Assembly: GCA_965222155.1 (NCBI GenBank)
Contig: CBDCTH010000012.1
Span: 3,104,001-3,168,000 of the forward strand
Direction: 5' to 3'
Length of the DNA stretch: 64,000 bases
Source: Gammaproteobacteria bacterium
GTDB taxonomy: Bacteria > Pseudomonadota > Gammaproteobacteria > Eutrophobiales > Eutrophobiaceae
Notes under the pieces: generated by a model
What the model was told of the DNA's origin: nothing
Databases searched by the model: none
The model's input: only the letters and a program-made list of their open reading frames with translations
Shown here: in pieces, positions 20,039 through 30,068 of the stretch
How positions within the stretch are numbered: position 1 is the stretch's first letter
Layout of the letters: each line of letters begins with the position of its first letter
Position numbers and translations under genes: made by a program

Positions 20039-23000
20039 TTATTCCAATGCAACAAGTGCTTGGATTTCCTTGTCTGTCAACTCTGTAATCCACTGCTCGC
20101 CGCTGGTTACTGTGAGATTTGCCAGGTCTTTTTTCCCCTGGATCATCGCATTAATCTTTTCCTCGAAAGTGTTTTCCACAATAAACCGATGCACCTGAAC
20201 AGCCTGCTTTTGTCCTATTCGATAGGCGCGATCCGTTGCCTGTGCTTCTACCGCCGGATTCCACCAGAGATCATAGTGAATTACCTGGCTTGCCGCCGTG
20301 AGGTTGAGGCCTGTGCCACCCGCCTTCAATGACAAAACCATGGCCCGGACCCTTGGGTCATGTTGAAACCTGTCTACCAGTTCATCGCGTTTTTTACGAG
20401 ACAAGCCGCCGTGAAAGAAAGGCACGTCAATAGAAAACTTTTGTTTTAAGCTGTCAACCAGTAATTTTCCCATGCTGGCGTACTGGGTAAAAATCAGGAC
20501 TTTTTCATTCGCATACAGCACTTCTTGCATGATTTCGACAAACATGGACAACTTGCCGGATTCCTCGATGCGGGCTTGATCATGGTTGAGAAATTGTGCG
20601 GGTGTATTGCAAATTTGCTTTAATGCATTAATCAGTTTGAAAATGATTCCCCTACGTTCAATATCCGTATCGCTGGATTTGAGATCAGCCATGATGGTAT
20701 CAACCATACTTTGATATAAAGATGCCTGCTCTGTACTGAGTGTACAATAACGGTCACTTTCCACTTTATCCGGTAGATCATCGATAATGGATTTATCGCT
20801 CTTCAGGCGTCTGAGAATAAAAGGACCGGTCAGCTTACGGAATCTCTCCAAACAGGCTTGATCCCGATCTTTTTCAATCGGACTCGCCAGTGTTTCCTGA
20901 AACTTTTTCCGGGTGCCCAGATAACCTTTGTTGGTAAAGTCAAATACGCTCCAGTACTCCCTTAATCGGTTCTCAACAGGGGTGCCGCTCAGACCGATAC
21001 AGTTGTCAGCCTTGAGTTTTTTGGTGGCCTTAGCCTGTTGGCTGTCCGGGTTCTTGATGTTCTGCGCTTCGTCGATGACCAGCGTTCGCCAATGTGGCTT
21101 GCCCAGGGTCGTACTGTCAGAGCGAACCACGCCATAGCTGGTCAGGATAACGTCGTGCGCGGTATCCAGTGAACGTTGATTACCGTGATAAACCTGCACT
21201 TTGAGCGTTGGCGCAAAACGTTCGATTTCTTTTCGCCAGTTGGTCAACAAAGACGTCGGAGCGACGACCAATGCCTTGTGCCTGGCCAATTGCCCCGTCT
21301 CTTTTTGACGCAGCAACAACGTGATTACTTGCAGGGTTTTACCCAAGCCCATATCGTCTGCCAACAAGGACCCGAACCCGACACGAGCATTCTGTGCCAG
21401 CCACTCAAATCCGCGTTTTTGATAAGGACGCAGGTCAGCCCTCAGCCCTTCCGGCTCAGGTTCCGGCGTTGTCTGGAATAATCGTTCAAACAGTTGGCGG
21501 GCAGAGTCGCTCAAATCGACGTCGGCGCCATCAAGATGCCCGGAAAGCCCGGCCTGTAGCAATTGTATGCGCGAGAGAGATTTCGGTAAGCGACTTAGCT
21601 TCCTCAACAGTTGTTGTAATTTGTTGTCATCCAGCATCACATACTGGTCCTGGAACCTGATGAGACCTGAGGCGCCTTTCAGGAGTTGCTGAAATTTGCT
21701 GATGCTGATGCGCTGATCACCTAGCGCCACCTGCCAGTTGAAGTGCAACAATTCATCCAGGTTGAGATAGCTCACCGAAGCGCTTTGATTGCTGACGGAA
21801 AGCGACAAACTCAACTTCGGATAAATCAGGTTGCGTAAACTCTTTGGCAGGGTCAATTGGATGCCAAGCATTTTCAGGGACGGCAGGATGTCCAGAAAAA
21901 ACGGTGTGAACGCCTGTAGCGAGTAGGTAAGTTGTTCATTTACGGATGTTGTTTGATACAACCGTTCAATATCAGGGAAGTAATCCGCAAGTAACGCCAG
22001 GTCAGCCAGCACACTGACCTTAGCCTCTGACAAGGTGTTATCCTTGGATAAATCGCCCAGGGAAAATATCCGGTGGTCGAGTTCAATTCGAAGATCAATA
22101 CCCAGCAGCCCTGAATCCCGGTGCGCTTCGTTTCGCCCTGTCAGCTCCTCAACGAGCAAATGGAGCCGATGTTTTCGCTCTCCCAGCGTAAGGCGGCGCA
22201 ACCAATGACGGATAACTTTGGGGTAAACAACAGTCTCGAACTGGTTAAACAGACACGCTGAGTTGGTGAAGAACAATCGACAAATTTCTTCCTCCAACAG
22301 TTGAGCAGGCGCCGCATCCATGGCCTGCTCCATAAAAAAGCCAATGATAACGTTTAATGCCGTATTCACCTGCGTTTTACCATCTGCATATTGACACTGG
22401 GGCTGTTTCCGGTTTTGAAGTGCGTACCTGGACACAACAAGATCAGGCGGGCAAAGCGAATACAGTTGCTCCAGTATCTGTTTCACCGACCGGTCCAAAA
22501 GCGCAGGCTGCCAGTGGACCAAGGTATAATCATCTGCTTCCATAAAGACAGCGGGGATACAGGCCCGCTGCACAACCAGTTTGACCGCCAGGCGATATAA
22601 CAACTGCCACATCAGCGCCTGGTGGAAGTCTCGCGCTTCTGCCGGGCTTAAGGTGCAACGCAGTCGCGCCAACATTGCCAGCCACTCGTCACGTTGATGC
22701 AAACTTTGCTCAGGACTCATACCTTGCACGGACAAAAACCGGCCGCTTGCCCCGACAATGAGTTGAGTGAGTGAAAACGTAGCGACCTCGATGGTATTTT
22801 CATCACTCGAATCCGCTGTTTTTTCAAATTGTCTGGCGACGCGAGCCGTCCGTTTATAAAAATCAGCCAAGACTTGCCGGAAATCCTTGTGATAGAACAG
22901 AGGTTTTTCACTCAGAATCCCCAGAATACGATCGCCCAAATCAGGAATCGTGGTGAGATCAAAAGATTCAAAGACAGGTTGTTCAGGTAATGCCTTGTGT

Positions 23001-23581
23001 TGTGCAACAGGCGCTTTTTGCCAGGCTGCGGATAGTTGCGGTGGGGAACTCATTTCCTGAATCGCGACGCCGGTCTGTTTTTCAATAGCTTTGGCCAAAT
23101 TCATGTGGTGGAGTTGAAATACCAGGAATGGATTTTTATCAATTTCATTCGCGACCAGGTAAATGACCGCGGCGATGTGCTTACAAGGTATCGCCCAATC
23201 CGGACAGGAACAACTCGCTTTCATGTCACCCCAACTTTTCGGGAAGAGCGGAATGTTGTGATCGTCCATCAAGGTCAACATCTGTGCGGGCAACTGCCGG
23301 TTCAACAGCCTGGCTAAAATGGCCGGACTTTGGCTGACGGCGGTTAAAATCGAAGTTTGCTGCTGTTTGGAAAACGTGGGCAGGTGGATCTTGACTGTAT
23401 AGGGCGCGGAGCGTCGTCCTTGCACGTTTGCTCGAATGGTGGCGCCTTGAAACCCGATGCCGGATACCGAACCATTACCGGCATAGCGCCGCCCACGAGG
23501 CAGTCGGTTGCCGTAGTCGATACCATTAAAGGCCGCAAGCCACTGCGTTCCCCACCAGGTCTGACCATACTGAACAGCCAT
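20039..23581 (-). CDS. SWIM zinc-finger SNF2-family helicase/ATPase
   Basis: CSCPDWAIPCKH SWIM motif; LADDMGLGKT, DEAQ, SGTPVEN, QATDRAYRIGQ. Confidence 0.92.
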   Translation of the reverse strand: MAVQYGQTWWGTQWLAAFNGIDYGNRLPRGRRYAGNGSVSGIGFQGATIRANVQGRRSAPYTVKIHLPTFSKQQQTSILTAVSQSPAILARLLNRQLPAQMLTLMDDHNIPLFPKSWGDMKASCSCPDWAIPCKHIAAVIYLVANEIDKNPFLVFQLHHMNLAKAIEKQTGVAIQEMSSPPQLSAAWQKAPVAQHKALPEQPVFESFDLTTIPDLGDRILGILSEKPLFYHKDFRQVLADFYKRTARVARQFEKTADSSDENTIEVATFSLTQLIVGASGRFLSVQGMSPEQSLHQRDEWLAMLARLRCTLSPAEARDFHQALMWQLLYRLAVKLVVQRACIPAVFMEADDYTLVHWQPALLDRSVKQILEQLYSLCPPDLVVSRYALQNRKQPQCQYADGKTQVNTALNVIIGFFMEQAMDAAPAQLLEEEICRLFFTNSACLFNQFETVVYPKVIRHWLRRLTLGERKHRLHLLVEELTGRNEAHRDSGLLGIDLRIELDHRIFSLGDLSKDNTLSEAKVSVLADLALLADYFPDIERLYQTTSVNEQLTYSLQAFTPFFLDILPSLKMLGIQLTLPKSLRNLIYPKLSLSLSVSNQSASVSYLNLDELLHFNWQVALGDQRISISKFQQLLKGASGLIRFQDQYVMLDDNKLQQLLRKLSRLPKSLSRIQLLQAGLSGHLDGADVDLSDSARQLFERLFQTTPEPEPEGLRADLRPYQKRGFEWLAQNARVGFGSLLADDMGLGKTLQVITLLLRQKETGQLARHKALVVAPTSLLTNWRKEIERFAPTLKVQVYHGNQRSLDTAHDVILTSYGVVRSDSTTLGKPHWRTLVIDEAQNIKNPDSQQAKATKKLKADNCIGLSGTPVENRLREYWSVFDFTNKGYLGTRKKFQETLASPIEKDRDQACLERFRKLTGPFILRRLKSDKSIIDDLPDKVESDRYCTLSTEQASLYQSMVDTIMADLKSSDTDIERRGIIFKLINALKQICNTPAQFLNHDQARIEESGKLSMFVEIMQEVLYANEKVLIFTQYASMGKLLVDSLKQKFSIDVPFFHGGLSRKKRDELVDRFQHDPRVRAMVLSLKAGGTGLNLTAASQVIHYDLWWNPAVEAQATDRAYRIGQKQAVQVHRFIVENTFEEKINAMIQGKKDLANLTVTSGEQWITELTDKEIQALVALE

Positions 23582-23932
23582 AATTTTGATAGTGATCCCT
23601 GAAACCAACCAATACCGACTATTTTAATGGTTGAACAACTCGAAGCAACGAAATCCGTTCTATATGCGCCGGAAAAACTCTTCAACTTTTTATCCTGTAT
23701 CCTATCCATCAATGTGAACCACATTCAGTCATCCACAAATGTATTTATCCAAGAGATTGTTTCCCACTATCTTATTATGTCTGCTACTCTCGACCTGTAG
23801 TGACAGAGGGCAACTGTAGCAAGGCATTGATACCTGTTGCGACGTTTTGACCACACTTTCAGTCACACCTGTGTTGATTTGAGTATGCTTGTGCGCCAAA
23901 GGGCTATGATACGCCCGACGTGTAAATAAAAA

Positions 23933-25024
23933 ATGGGCTTCAAATGCGGGATCGTCGGTTTGCCCAACGTGGGTAAATCCACTTTGTTCAATGCTTTGAC
24001 CAACGCCGGGGTCAGCGCCGAAAACTATCCATTCTGCACCATTGAACCCAATATCGGCGTGGTTCCCGTCCCCGATTCCCGTTTGCAGGCAATCGCCCAG
24101 CTAGTCAGGCCGGAACGTGTTGTGCCCACCCACGTGGAATTCGTCGACATCGCCGGCCTGGTCACAGGCGCATCAAAAGGAGAAGGACTGGGTAACAAGT
24201 TTCTTGGGCATATCCGCGAGACGCACGCTCTTGCCCAGGTGTTGCGTTGCTTTGAGGATGATAATGTCGCTCATGTCAACGGCAGGATAGACCCGCTTGC
24301 CGACCTGGACGTGATCAATACGGAACTGTGCCTGGCCGACCTGGAGACCCTGCAGCGGGCTTCACAGAAGGCGGAGAAGGCTGCAAAAACTGCTGACAAG
24401 CAGGCCTTGGAACAGTGCCGGTTGCTGGCCGCCCTGGCTGCGCATATCGATACGGGCGCGCCGGCAAGGACACTGCCTCCGGGACGCGCCGAACGGGGCT
24501 TGGCGCGGGAACTGGGCCTACTGACGGAAAAACCGGTTCTGAATATCGCCAACGTGGAGGAAACCGGCATCACCTCCAACAAGTGGCTGGCGCAACTGGC
24601 GCGCCGCTCCGAAGCAGACGGCGCCAGGCTGATTACCGTATCCGCTGCAATCGAGATGGAAATCAGCGAACTTGACGAGCAGGGTAAAAGTGAGTTTTTA
24701 CGAGACCTGGGCTTGTCCGAACCCGGCCTGCACCGGTTGATCCGGGCAGGTTATGAGTTGCTTGATCTACACACTTTTTTCACGATGACACCCCGCGAAG
24801 TCCGGGCCTGGACCATCAGGAAAGGGACTAGCGCGCCCCAGGCTGCCGGGGTCATCCATACGGATTTCGAGAAGGGGTTCATTCGCGCCGAAGTTATAGC
24901 CTATGACGATTTCATAGAGCGCCAAGGCGAGCAGGGCGCAAAAAACGCCGGCAAGTGGCGCCTGGAAGGAAGGGAGTACATTGTCATGGATGGTGACGTT
25001 ATATTATTTCGTTTCAACGTCTGA
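23933..25024 (+). CDS. ychF: Ribosome-binding ATPase YchF
   Basis: GIVGLPNVGKSTLFNALT, YPFCTIEPN, GEGLGNKFL. Confidence 0.97.
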   Translation: MGFKCGIVGLPNVGKSTLFNALTNAGVSAENYPFCTIEPNIGVVPVPDSRLQAIAQLVRPERVVPTHVEFVDIAGLVTGASKGEGLGNKFLGHIRETHALAQVLRCFEDDNVAHVNGRIDPLADLDVINTELCLADLETLQRASQKAEKAAKTADKQALEQCRLLAALAAHIDTGAPARTLPPGRAERGLARELGLLTEKPVLNIANVEETGITSNKWLAQLARRSEADGARLITVSAAIEMEISELDEQGKSEFLRDLGLSEPGLHRLIRAGYELLDLHTFFTMTPREVRAWTIRKGTSAPQAAGVIHTDFEKGFIRAEVIAYDDFIERQGEQGAKNAGKWRLEGREYIVMDGDVILFRFNV

Positions 25025-25029
25025 TACGG

Positions 25030-25230
25030 TAGCCAGAACTACTACGTCCAAGCCCATCCGGATAGTTACTTGCTTTTTTAGTTTAGCCGCAAATGGGTTT
25101 TTTCGGGATTTCAGCTTCGAGAGATCGTATTCTTTTTTCATCATTTTTGGACATTGTAGAATGTGGTTTCGGACTTTGTCGCTTTGCGGGCAGATATGAT
25201 TCGGATCAATTCAGTTTCGAGTTTGTTCAT
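25030..25230 (-). pseudogene. Remnant BrnT/BrnA-like toxin-antitoxin pair
   Basis: Manual translation of the minus strand: ...IRIISARKATKSETTFY* then MMKKEYDLSKLKSRKNPFAAKLKKQVTIRMGLDVV (truncated). Confidence 0.7.
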
Positions 25231-25550
25231 CCAACGCCTAAAGGCAGCCTCATAATGGGAGTCCTTGTGTTTGTACGTCGACTCTTTCCTCATCCCACCG
25301 CTGTCCCACGCCCCTTTTCATCGACAGTAGTCCTTGATACACACCTGAATAATAGTGCTGTAAACATGATCAAAATAATGAACCTGTACATCTACCTGTT
25401 TCTTTAAAAATGGCCTTCCTGCCCCTATAAATTCGAGTATCCGGCATCTGTCCTGATCACATTTGGTGTCGCTAATTCAGAACCTGCGCTGAAGACGCTG
25501 TCGTTTCAGGGCGGACTCCGGCATGGTGTAGCTCGGGGACCGAAATCCCA

Positions 25551-28500
25551 TCAAACAATAAAGTCCGTTGCATCCAGGCTGGCCATAGCAAAGTCCGCCA
25601 GCAGGATCGTGCCACCGCCGCTGTCGGTGAGGTCAAGCGCCACACCGTCTGTCGTGGTCGTGGTGGTGAGGTTGTCAATGCCTGCCAGCCCGAAGGCCGT
25701 CAGGTCAATGCGGTCCACGCCGTCGGTGAAGTCCGTCACGGTGTCCTGCCCCTCCCCGGGGGCCACCACGAACACGTCGGCGCCCGGGCCACCCACCAAC
25801 CGGTCGTCTCCCGCAGCGCCGGTGAGGCGGTCCCTCCCCTGCCCGCCGTAGAGCCGGTCGTTGCCCGGCCCACCGTCCAGCCGGTCATCGCCGCCGCCCG
25901 GCCCGCCGTACAGGGTGTCGTTGCCGGCGCCACCGTCGATGACGTTATCCCGGCGGTCCCCGGCCAGCACGTCGTCGTGGGCAGAGCCGCTCAGGTGCTC
26001 GACATCGGGCAGGGATTCGGTCTGCTCAACACCGTCACTATCGGTCCAGGCGACGTCAACTTTGTAAGGGAAGGTATCACCGGTCGCATCGCCACCCGTG
26101 GCCGAGAGGTTGTGCAGGCGCACGTCAACTTTGTAAGGGAAGGTATCACCGGTCGCATCGCCACCCGTGGCCGAGAGGTTGTGCAGGCGCACCGTGACAC
26201 CGGTGGGGGAATGGGCCCAGGAAGCCGTGTCATGCCCGCTGTTGCCAACCAGGCGGTCCGCGCCCGGCCCGCCGATTAATATGTCATTGCCGGCGCTGCC
26301 CCAGAGGAAATCATTGCCGGCGCGTCCCTCCAGACGATTGGCCGTCGTGTTGCCGATGATTGTGTCATTGCCGGAGCCGGCGATGAAGTGTTCAATCACC
26401 GTCCCCCGGGCGATGACCAGACTGCCGACCAGACCGTAGACGTCCGAGATGCCTTCAGGACGCAAGTCGACTCGCTGGTCAGCCGTATCCGTGCGCAGGT
26501 CGAGCGTATCGCTGCCGCCGTTGTCGTAGAGGGTCAGTGCGACCGATTGGCTAGGCTGTAATGGGGTGAAACTCGCCTCGGTGCGGCTGCCGGTGTTCTC
26601 GTAGTAGTTCAGGGTGCCGTCCTCCTCACCCATGACCAGGTCCAGGTCGCCGTCGTTGTCCAAGTCGGCAAAGGTTGGGGCGCTGTTACTATCCACATCG
26701 ATGCCATCCAGGGGATTGTCAACGCCGGTGCGCTTTGTGAAGCCCGGCTGACTGCGGCTGCCAGTGTTCTCGAAGTAGTTCAGGATACCGTTCCCCTCAC
26801 CCACGACCAGGTCCAGGTCGCCGTCGTTGTCCAGGTCGGCAAAGGTTGGGTTGCTGTGAGTATCCACATCGATACCATCCAGGGGATTGTCAACGCCGGT
26901 ACGCTCTGTAAAGTCCGGCTGACTGCGGCTGCCGGTGTTCTCGTAGTAGTTCAGGATACCGTCCCGCTCACCCACGACCAGGTCCAGATCACCATCGTCG
27001 TCCAAGTCGGCAAAGGTTGGCACACTGAGCCAACCCACATCGATACCAGCCAAGGGATCGGCAGCGCCAGTGCGTTCTGTGAAGCCCAGCTGACTGCGGC
27101 TGCCGGTGTTCTCATAGTAGTGCAGGGTGTCGTACCAATCACCCACGACCAGGTCCAGATCACCATCGTCGTCCAGGTCGGCAAAGGTGGAGGTACTGTA
27201 CCTACCCGTATTGATACCATCCAGGGGATCGGCAGCGCCAGTGCGTTCTGTGAAGCCCGGTTGACTGCGGCTGCCGGTGTCCTCGTAGTAGTACAGGGGG
27301 CCGTAATACTCACCCACGACCAGGTCCAGGTCGCCGTCATTGTCCAGGTCAGCCAAAGTTGGCCTGCTAAGATTACCCACATCTATACCAGCGAAGGGAT
27401 TTAACTCACCGGTCCAGAGTGAGAAGATCTGACCAGGGTAGCCGTCCACGTTAGAGTGATAGCCATAGACGGTGTCGCCGAGGTTGATATCAGTGGGCGT
27501 GCCATAGAGATTCTGAATGGCGATGATGTCCGCAATCATCGGCGTGGCAGGGGTAACTCTGCTGGCCTCAATATAGGTGTTCCACTCCTGGTTGAAGTAG
27601 GACATCACTGACGCTTGCTGAGAGTCGTTCAGGAATGCGTTGTCAACCCCGTAGATAGTACTGAGTATCGCTCCATCATCGGCGTACCTTGGGTAGGGTC
27701 CCGAGTGCCCGAGGCCAAGGGCATGGCCGATTTCGTGGACGTAGACATAGGCATGGGTGATGCCTGGGTTAATCGTGGCATGGAGAGGGAGCCAGTCTTT
27801 CGATATGTTGACATGCGAAGAGATAATCAAGTACGTGCCGTCATCTGAGGGTGTCCTCCTGGTTGCTCTGGCATGGGCACCGTCCTCTTCGTCGTCGAAG
27901 GTAATGTGCGCATCACCGTCCACGAACTCGAAACCGATGCCGGTGACGGAGGTCCAGACCTCCAGGGCCCAGCGAGCGAGTTGCTGACCCGCAGGTGTCA
28001 GGGCGGTGATGTCAGCGGTCAAAGTACCGCCGGGTTCAACGTCGAAGGCGCGGCGCGCCCAGAAGCCATCGGTCAGATAATTGGCAATCTCGTCATAGGT
28101 GCCCTCGGGGGTCGTGTTCTCAACGACTGACACTTCGTAGTCCCAAACGTCGGTATTGTCATCCCCACCTTCTACCTTGAGGTAATACGTGCCGGTAGCC
28201 GACACCCGATGAATATCAATCACAGCATCAGAACCGTAACTGGAAACCTTGGACAAGATGTTGTCTCCGCTCGAGTCCAAGAGCGAAAGATGGAGCCGGG
28301 TGTCCTTGGCCGCCGCGATGCTTGCAATACCGAACCTGTAAATCATCCCGGCGGTCAGCTCGATGCGGACCCAATCCACATCTCCAGTCTGGCTCCCATC
28401 TTCATTGCTGGTGGGGTTTAATGCCCCTTGGAAGATAGCGCCGACGGCCATCGTATACTGGGTATCGACACCAGCAACCGCATCGCCGTTGTCTTCTTTC

Positions 28501-29477
28501 AGGGAAGAATATGGGTTGAAATCTCCCTCGGTACGGGTGCCGGTATTCTCGTAGTAGTACAGGTAGCCGACATCCTTACCCACGACCAGGTCCAGGTCAC
28601 CGTCGTTGTCCAGGTCGGCAAAGGTTGGTTTGGGGTTGCTACGATTACCTACATCGATACCAGCCAAGGGATTGGCAACGCCGGTACGCTCTGTAAAGCC
28701 CGGTTGACTGCGCGTGCCGGTGTTCTCGTAGTAGTACAGGTGGTCATCATACTCACCCACGACCAGGTCCAGGTCGCCGTCGTTGTCCAAGTCGGCAAAG
28801 GTTGGGGTGCTATTATCACCCACATCGATACCAGCCAGGGGATTGGCAACGCCGGTGCGCTCTGTGAAGACCGGCTGACTGCCGGTGCCGGTGTTCTCGT
28901 AGTAATTCAGGGTGCCGTCCCCCTCGCCCACGACCAAATCCAGGTCGCCGTCGCCGTCCAGGTCGGTAAAGGTTGGGGTGTGGTAATCACCCGCATCGAT
29001 ACCAGCCAGGGGATTGGCAGCGCCGGTACGCTCTGTGAATCCAGGCTGACTGCGGCTGTTGGTGTTCTCGTAGTAATTCAAGTTGCCGTACCACTCACCC
29101 ACGACCAGGTCCAGGTCGCCGTCGTTGTCCAGGTCAGCAAAGGTTGGGGCGCTCGCGTCACCCACATCGATACCAGCCAGGGGATTGGCAGCGCCGGTAC
29201 GCTCTGTGAAATCCGGCTGACTGCCGGTGCCGGTGTTCTCGTAGTAGTACAGATGGCCATGAGCTGCACCCACGACCAAATCCAGGTCACCATCGTTGTC
29301 CAAGTCGGCAAAGGTTGGCGCACTATGAGCAACCATATCAATGCCAGCGACAGGATTGCTCCCAGCGCCAGTGGTACTGTTGAGCGTGCCTAGCAAGTCC
29401 CCGCCAGCGGCCATCTTGTGCTGGGTGCCAGCGTCTGCAGGCGCCGCAGTGCCGTTGTCTTTTTTCAGGATAGTCAT
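25551..29477 (-). CDS. Secreted M10 metalloprotease with two blocks of five FG-GAP/VCBS-like repeats, a PPC-like domain and an RTX C-terminus
   Basis: HEIGHALGLGH, SVMSY, ten PTFADLDNDGDLDLVVG repeats of ~57 aa, GGxGxD nonapeptides, C-terminal TDFIV. Confidence 0.9.
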   Translation of the reverse strand: MTILKKDNGTAAPADAGTQHKMAAGGDLLGTLNSTTGAGSNPVAGIDMVAHSAPTFADLDNDGDLDLVVGAAHGHLYYYENTGTGSQPDFTERTGAANPLAGIDVGDASAPTFADLDNDGDLDLVVGEWYGNLNYYENTNSRSQPGFTERTGAANPLAGIDAGDYHTPTFTDLDGDGDLDLVVGEGDGTLNYYENTGTGSQPVFTERTGVANPLAGIDVGDNSTPTFADLDNDGDLDLVVGEYDDHLYYYENTGTRSQPGFTERTGVANPLAGIDVGNRSNPKPTFADLDNDGDLDLVVGKDVGYLYYYENTGTRTEGDFNPYSSLKEDNGDAVAGVDTQYTMAVGAIFQGALNPTSNEDGSQTGDVDWVRIELTAGMIYRFGIASIAAAKDTRLHLSLLDSSGDNILSKVSSYGSDAVIDIHRVSATGTYYLKVEGGDDNTDVWDYEVSVVENTTPEGTYDEIANYLTDGFWARRAFDVEPGGTLTADITALTPAGQQLARWALEVWTSVTGIGFEFVDGDAHITFDDEEDGAHARATRRTPSDDGTYLIISSHVNISKDWLPLHATINPGITHAYVYVHEIGHALGLGHSGPYPRYADDGAILSTIYGVDNAFLNDSQQASVMSYFNQEWNTYIEASRVTPATPMIADIIAIQNLYGTPTDINLGDTVYGYHSNVDGYPGQIFSLWTGELNPFAGIDVGNLSRPTLADLDNDGDLDLVVGEYYGPLYYYEDTGSRSQPGFTERTGAADPLDGINTGRYSTSTFADLDDDGDLDLVVGDWYDTLHYYENTGSRSQLGFTERTGAADPLAGIDVGWLSVPTFADLDDDGDLDLVVGERDGILNYYENTGSRSQPDFTERTGVDNPLDGIDVDTHSNPTFADLDNDGDLDLVVGEGNGILNYFENTGSRSQPGFTKRTGVDNPLDGIDVDSNSAPTFADLDNDGDLDLVMGEEDGTLNYYENTGSRTEASFTPLQPSQSVALTLYDNGGSDTLDLRTDTADQRVDLRPEGISDVYGLVGSLVIARGTVIEHFIAGSGNDTIIGNTTANRLEGRAGNDFLWGSAGNDILIGGPGADRLVGNSGHDTASWAHSPTGVTVRLHNLSATGGDATGDTFPYKVDVRLHNLSATGGDATGDTFPYKVDVAWTDSDGVEQTESLPDVEHLSGSAHDDVLAGDRRDNVIDGGAGNDTLYGGPGGGDDRLDGGPGNDRLYGGQGRDRLTGAAGDDRLVGGPGADVFVVAPGEGQDTVTDFTDGVDRIDLTAFGLAGIDNLTTTTTTDGVALDLTDSGGGTILLADFAMASLDATDFIV
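26053..26192. repeat. Exact 69-bp in-frame tandem duplication (VRLHNLSATGGDATGDTFPYKVD x2)
   Basis: Units begin at 26053 and 26122. Confidence 0.9.
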
Positions 29478-29694
29478 GTTGTTCTCCTAATTGTTGTCGG
29501 ATTACCGGCCTCAAGGGAGACAAGGAAACCATTTGTTTGGGCTGACAGATGGAGGAGCACGTGGAGGCTGATGTGCGGTGTCGTACTGATAGCCTCCCCC
29601 ATGAAGCAGTGAGGGTGTGCCGAAATACGCTGTCACAGGCCCGCGCACTGGCTGCCGTGGAGTGTCATAATTGATTAAAAGACCTATTAATTTC

Positions 29695-29706
29695 GGGGGG
29701 GGGGGG
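29695..29706. repeat. G12 homopolymer ~220 bp upstream of the FG-GAP/M10 gene
   Basis: 12 consecutive G in an AT-rich intergenic context. Confidence 0.85.
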
Positions 29707-29961
29707 TAGAATTATCCGCGCTAACTGGCAGGATGCCCAAGGTCGATACCCGGAGCAATACCCGCATACGGCAGGTCGCCGCGGCCATTGCTGCACAGGC
29801 AACCCCTGTCCCTTGGCGAAGGTGAGACTTCATTGTTACTTGCTCTCTTGCTCAATGGAGATGGATTTTAATCCTAGACAAGTGTGCTGATAAAGTCAAA
29901 ATTTTGTATGAGTCCCACCAGGCGATGCGATGATTGCGCCGGATTTTTGATGTGCGCCTTC

Positions 29962-30001
29962 CATCTCTCCGGGGACGGATTTCAAATCCGTCCCCTTATG
30001 C
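29962..30001. repeat. 40-bp REP unit
   Basis: GGGGACGGATTTCAAATCCGTCCCC at 29971-29995; reverse complement of 16569-16608. Confidence 0.85.
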
Positions 30002-30068
30002 AGTACGGCCGCTCGCTCACGCCGTATTTGGGCAGTGCAAGGCAGATTCTGCAACAAACCGGTTCGAA

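Noticed and set aside
26585-29360. Diversity-generating retroelement acting on the FG-GAP loops
   Set aside because: No reverse transcriptase or non-coding template repeat in the window, and I could not show adenine-specific variation by eye
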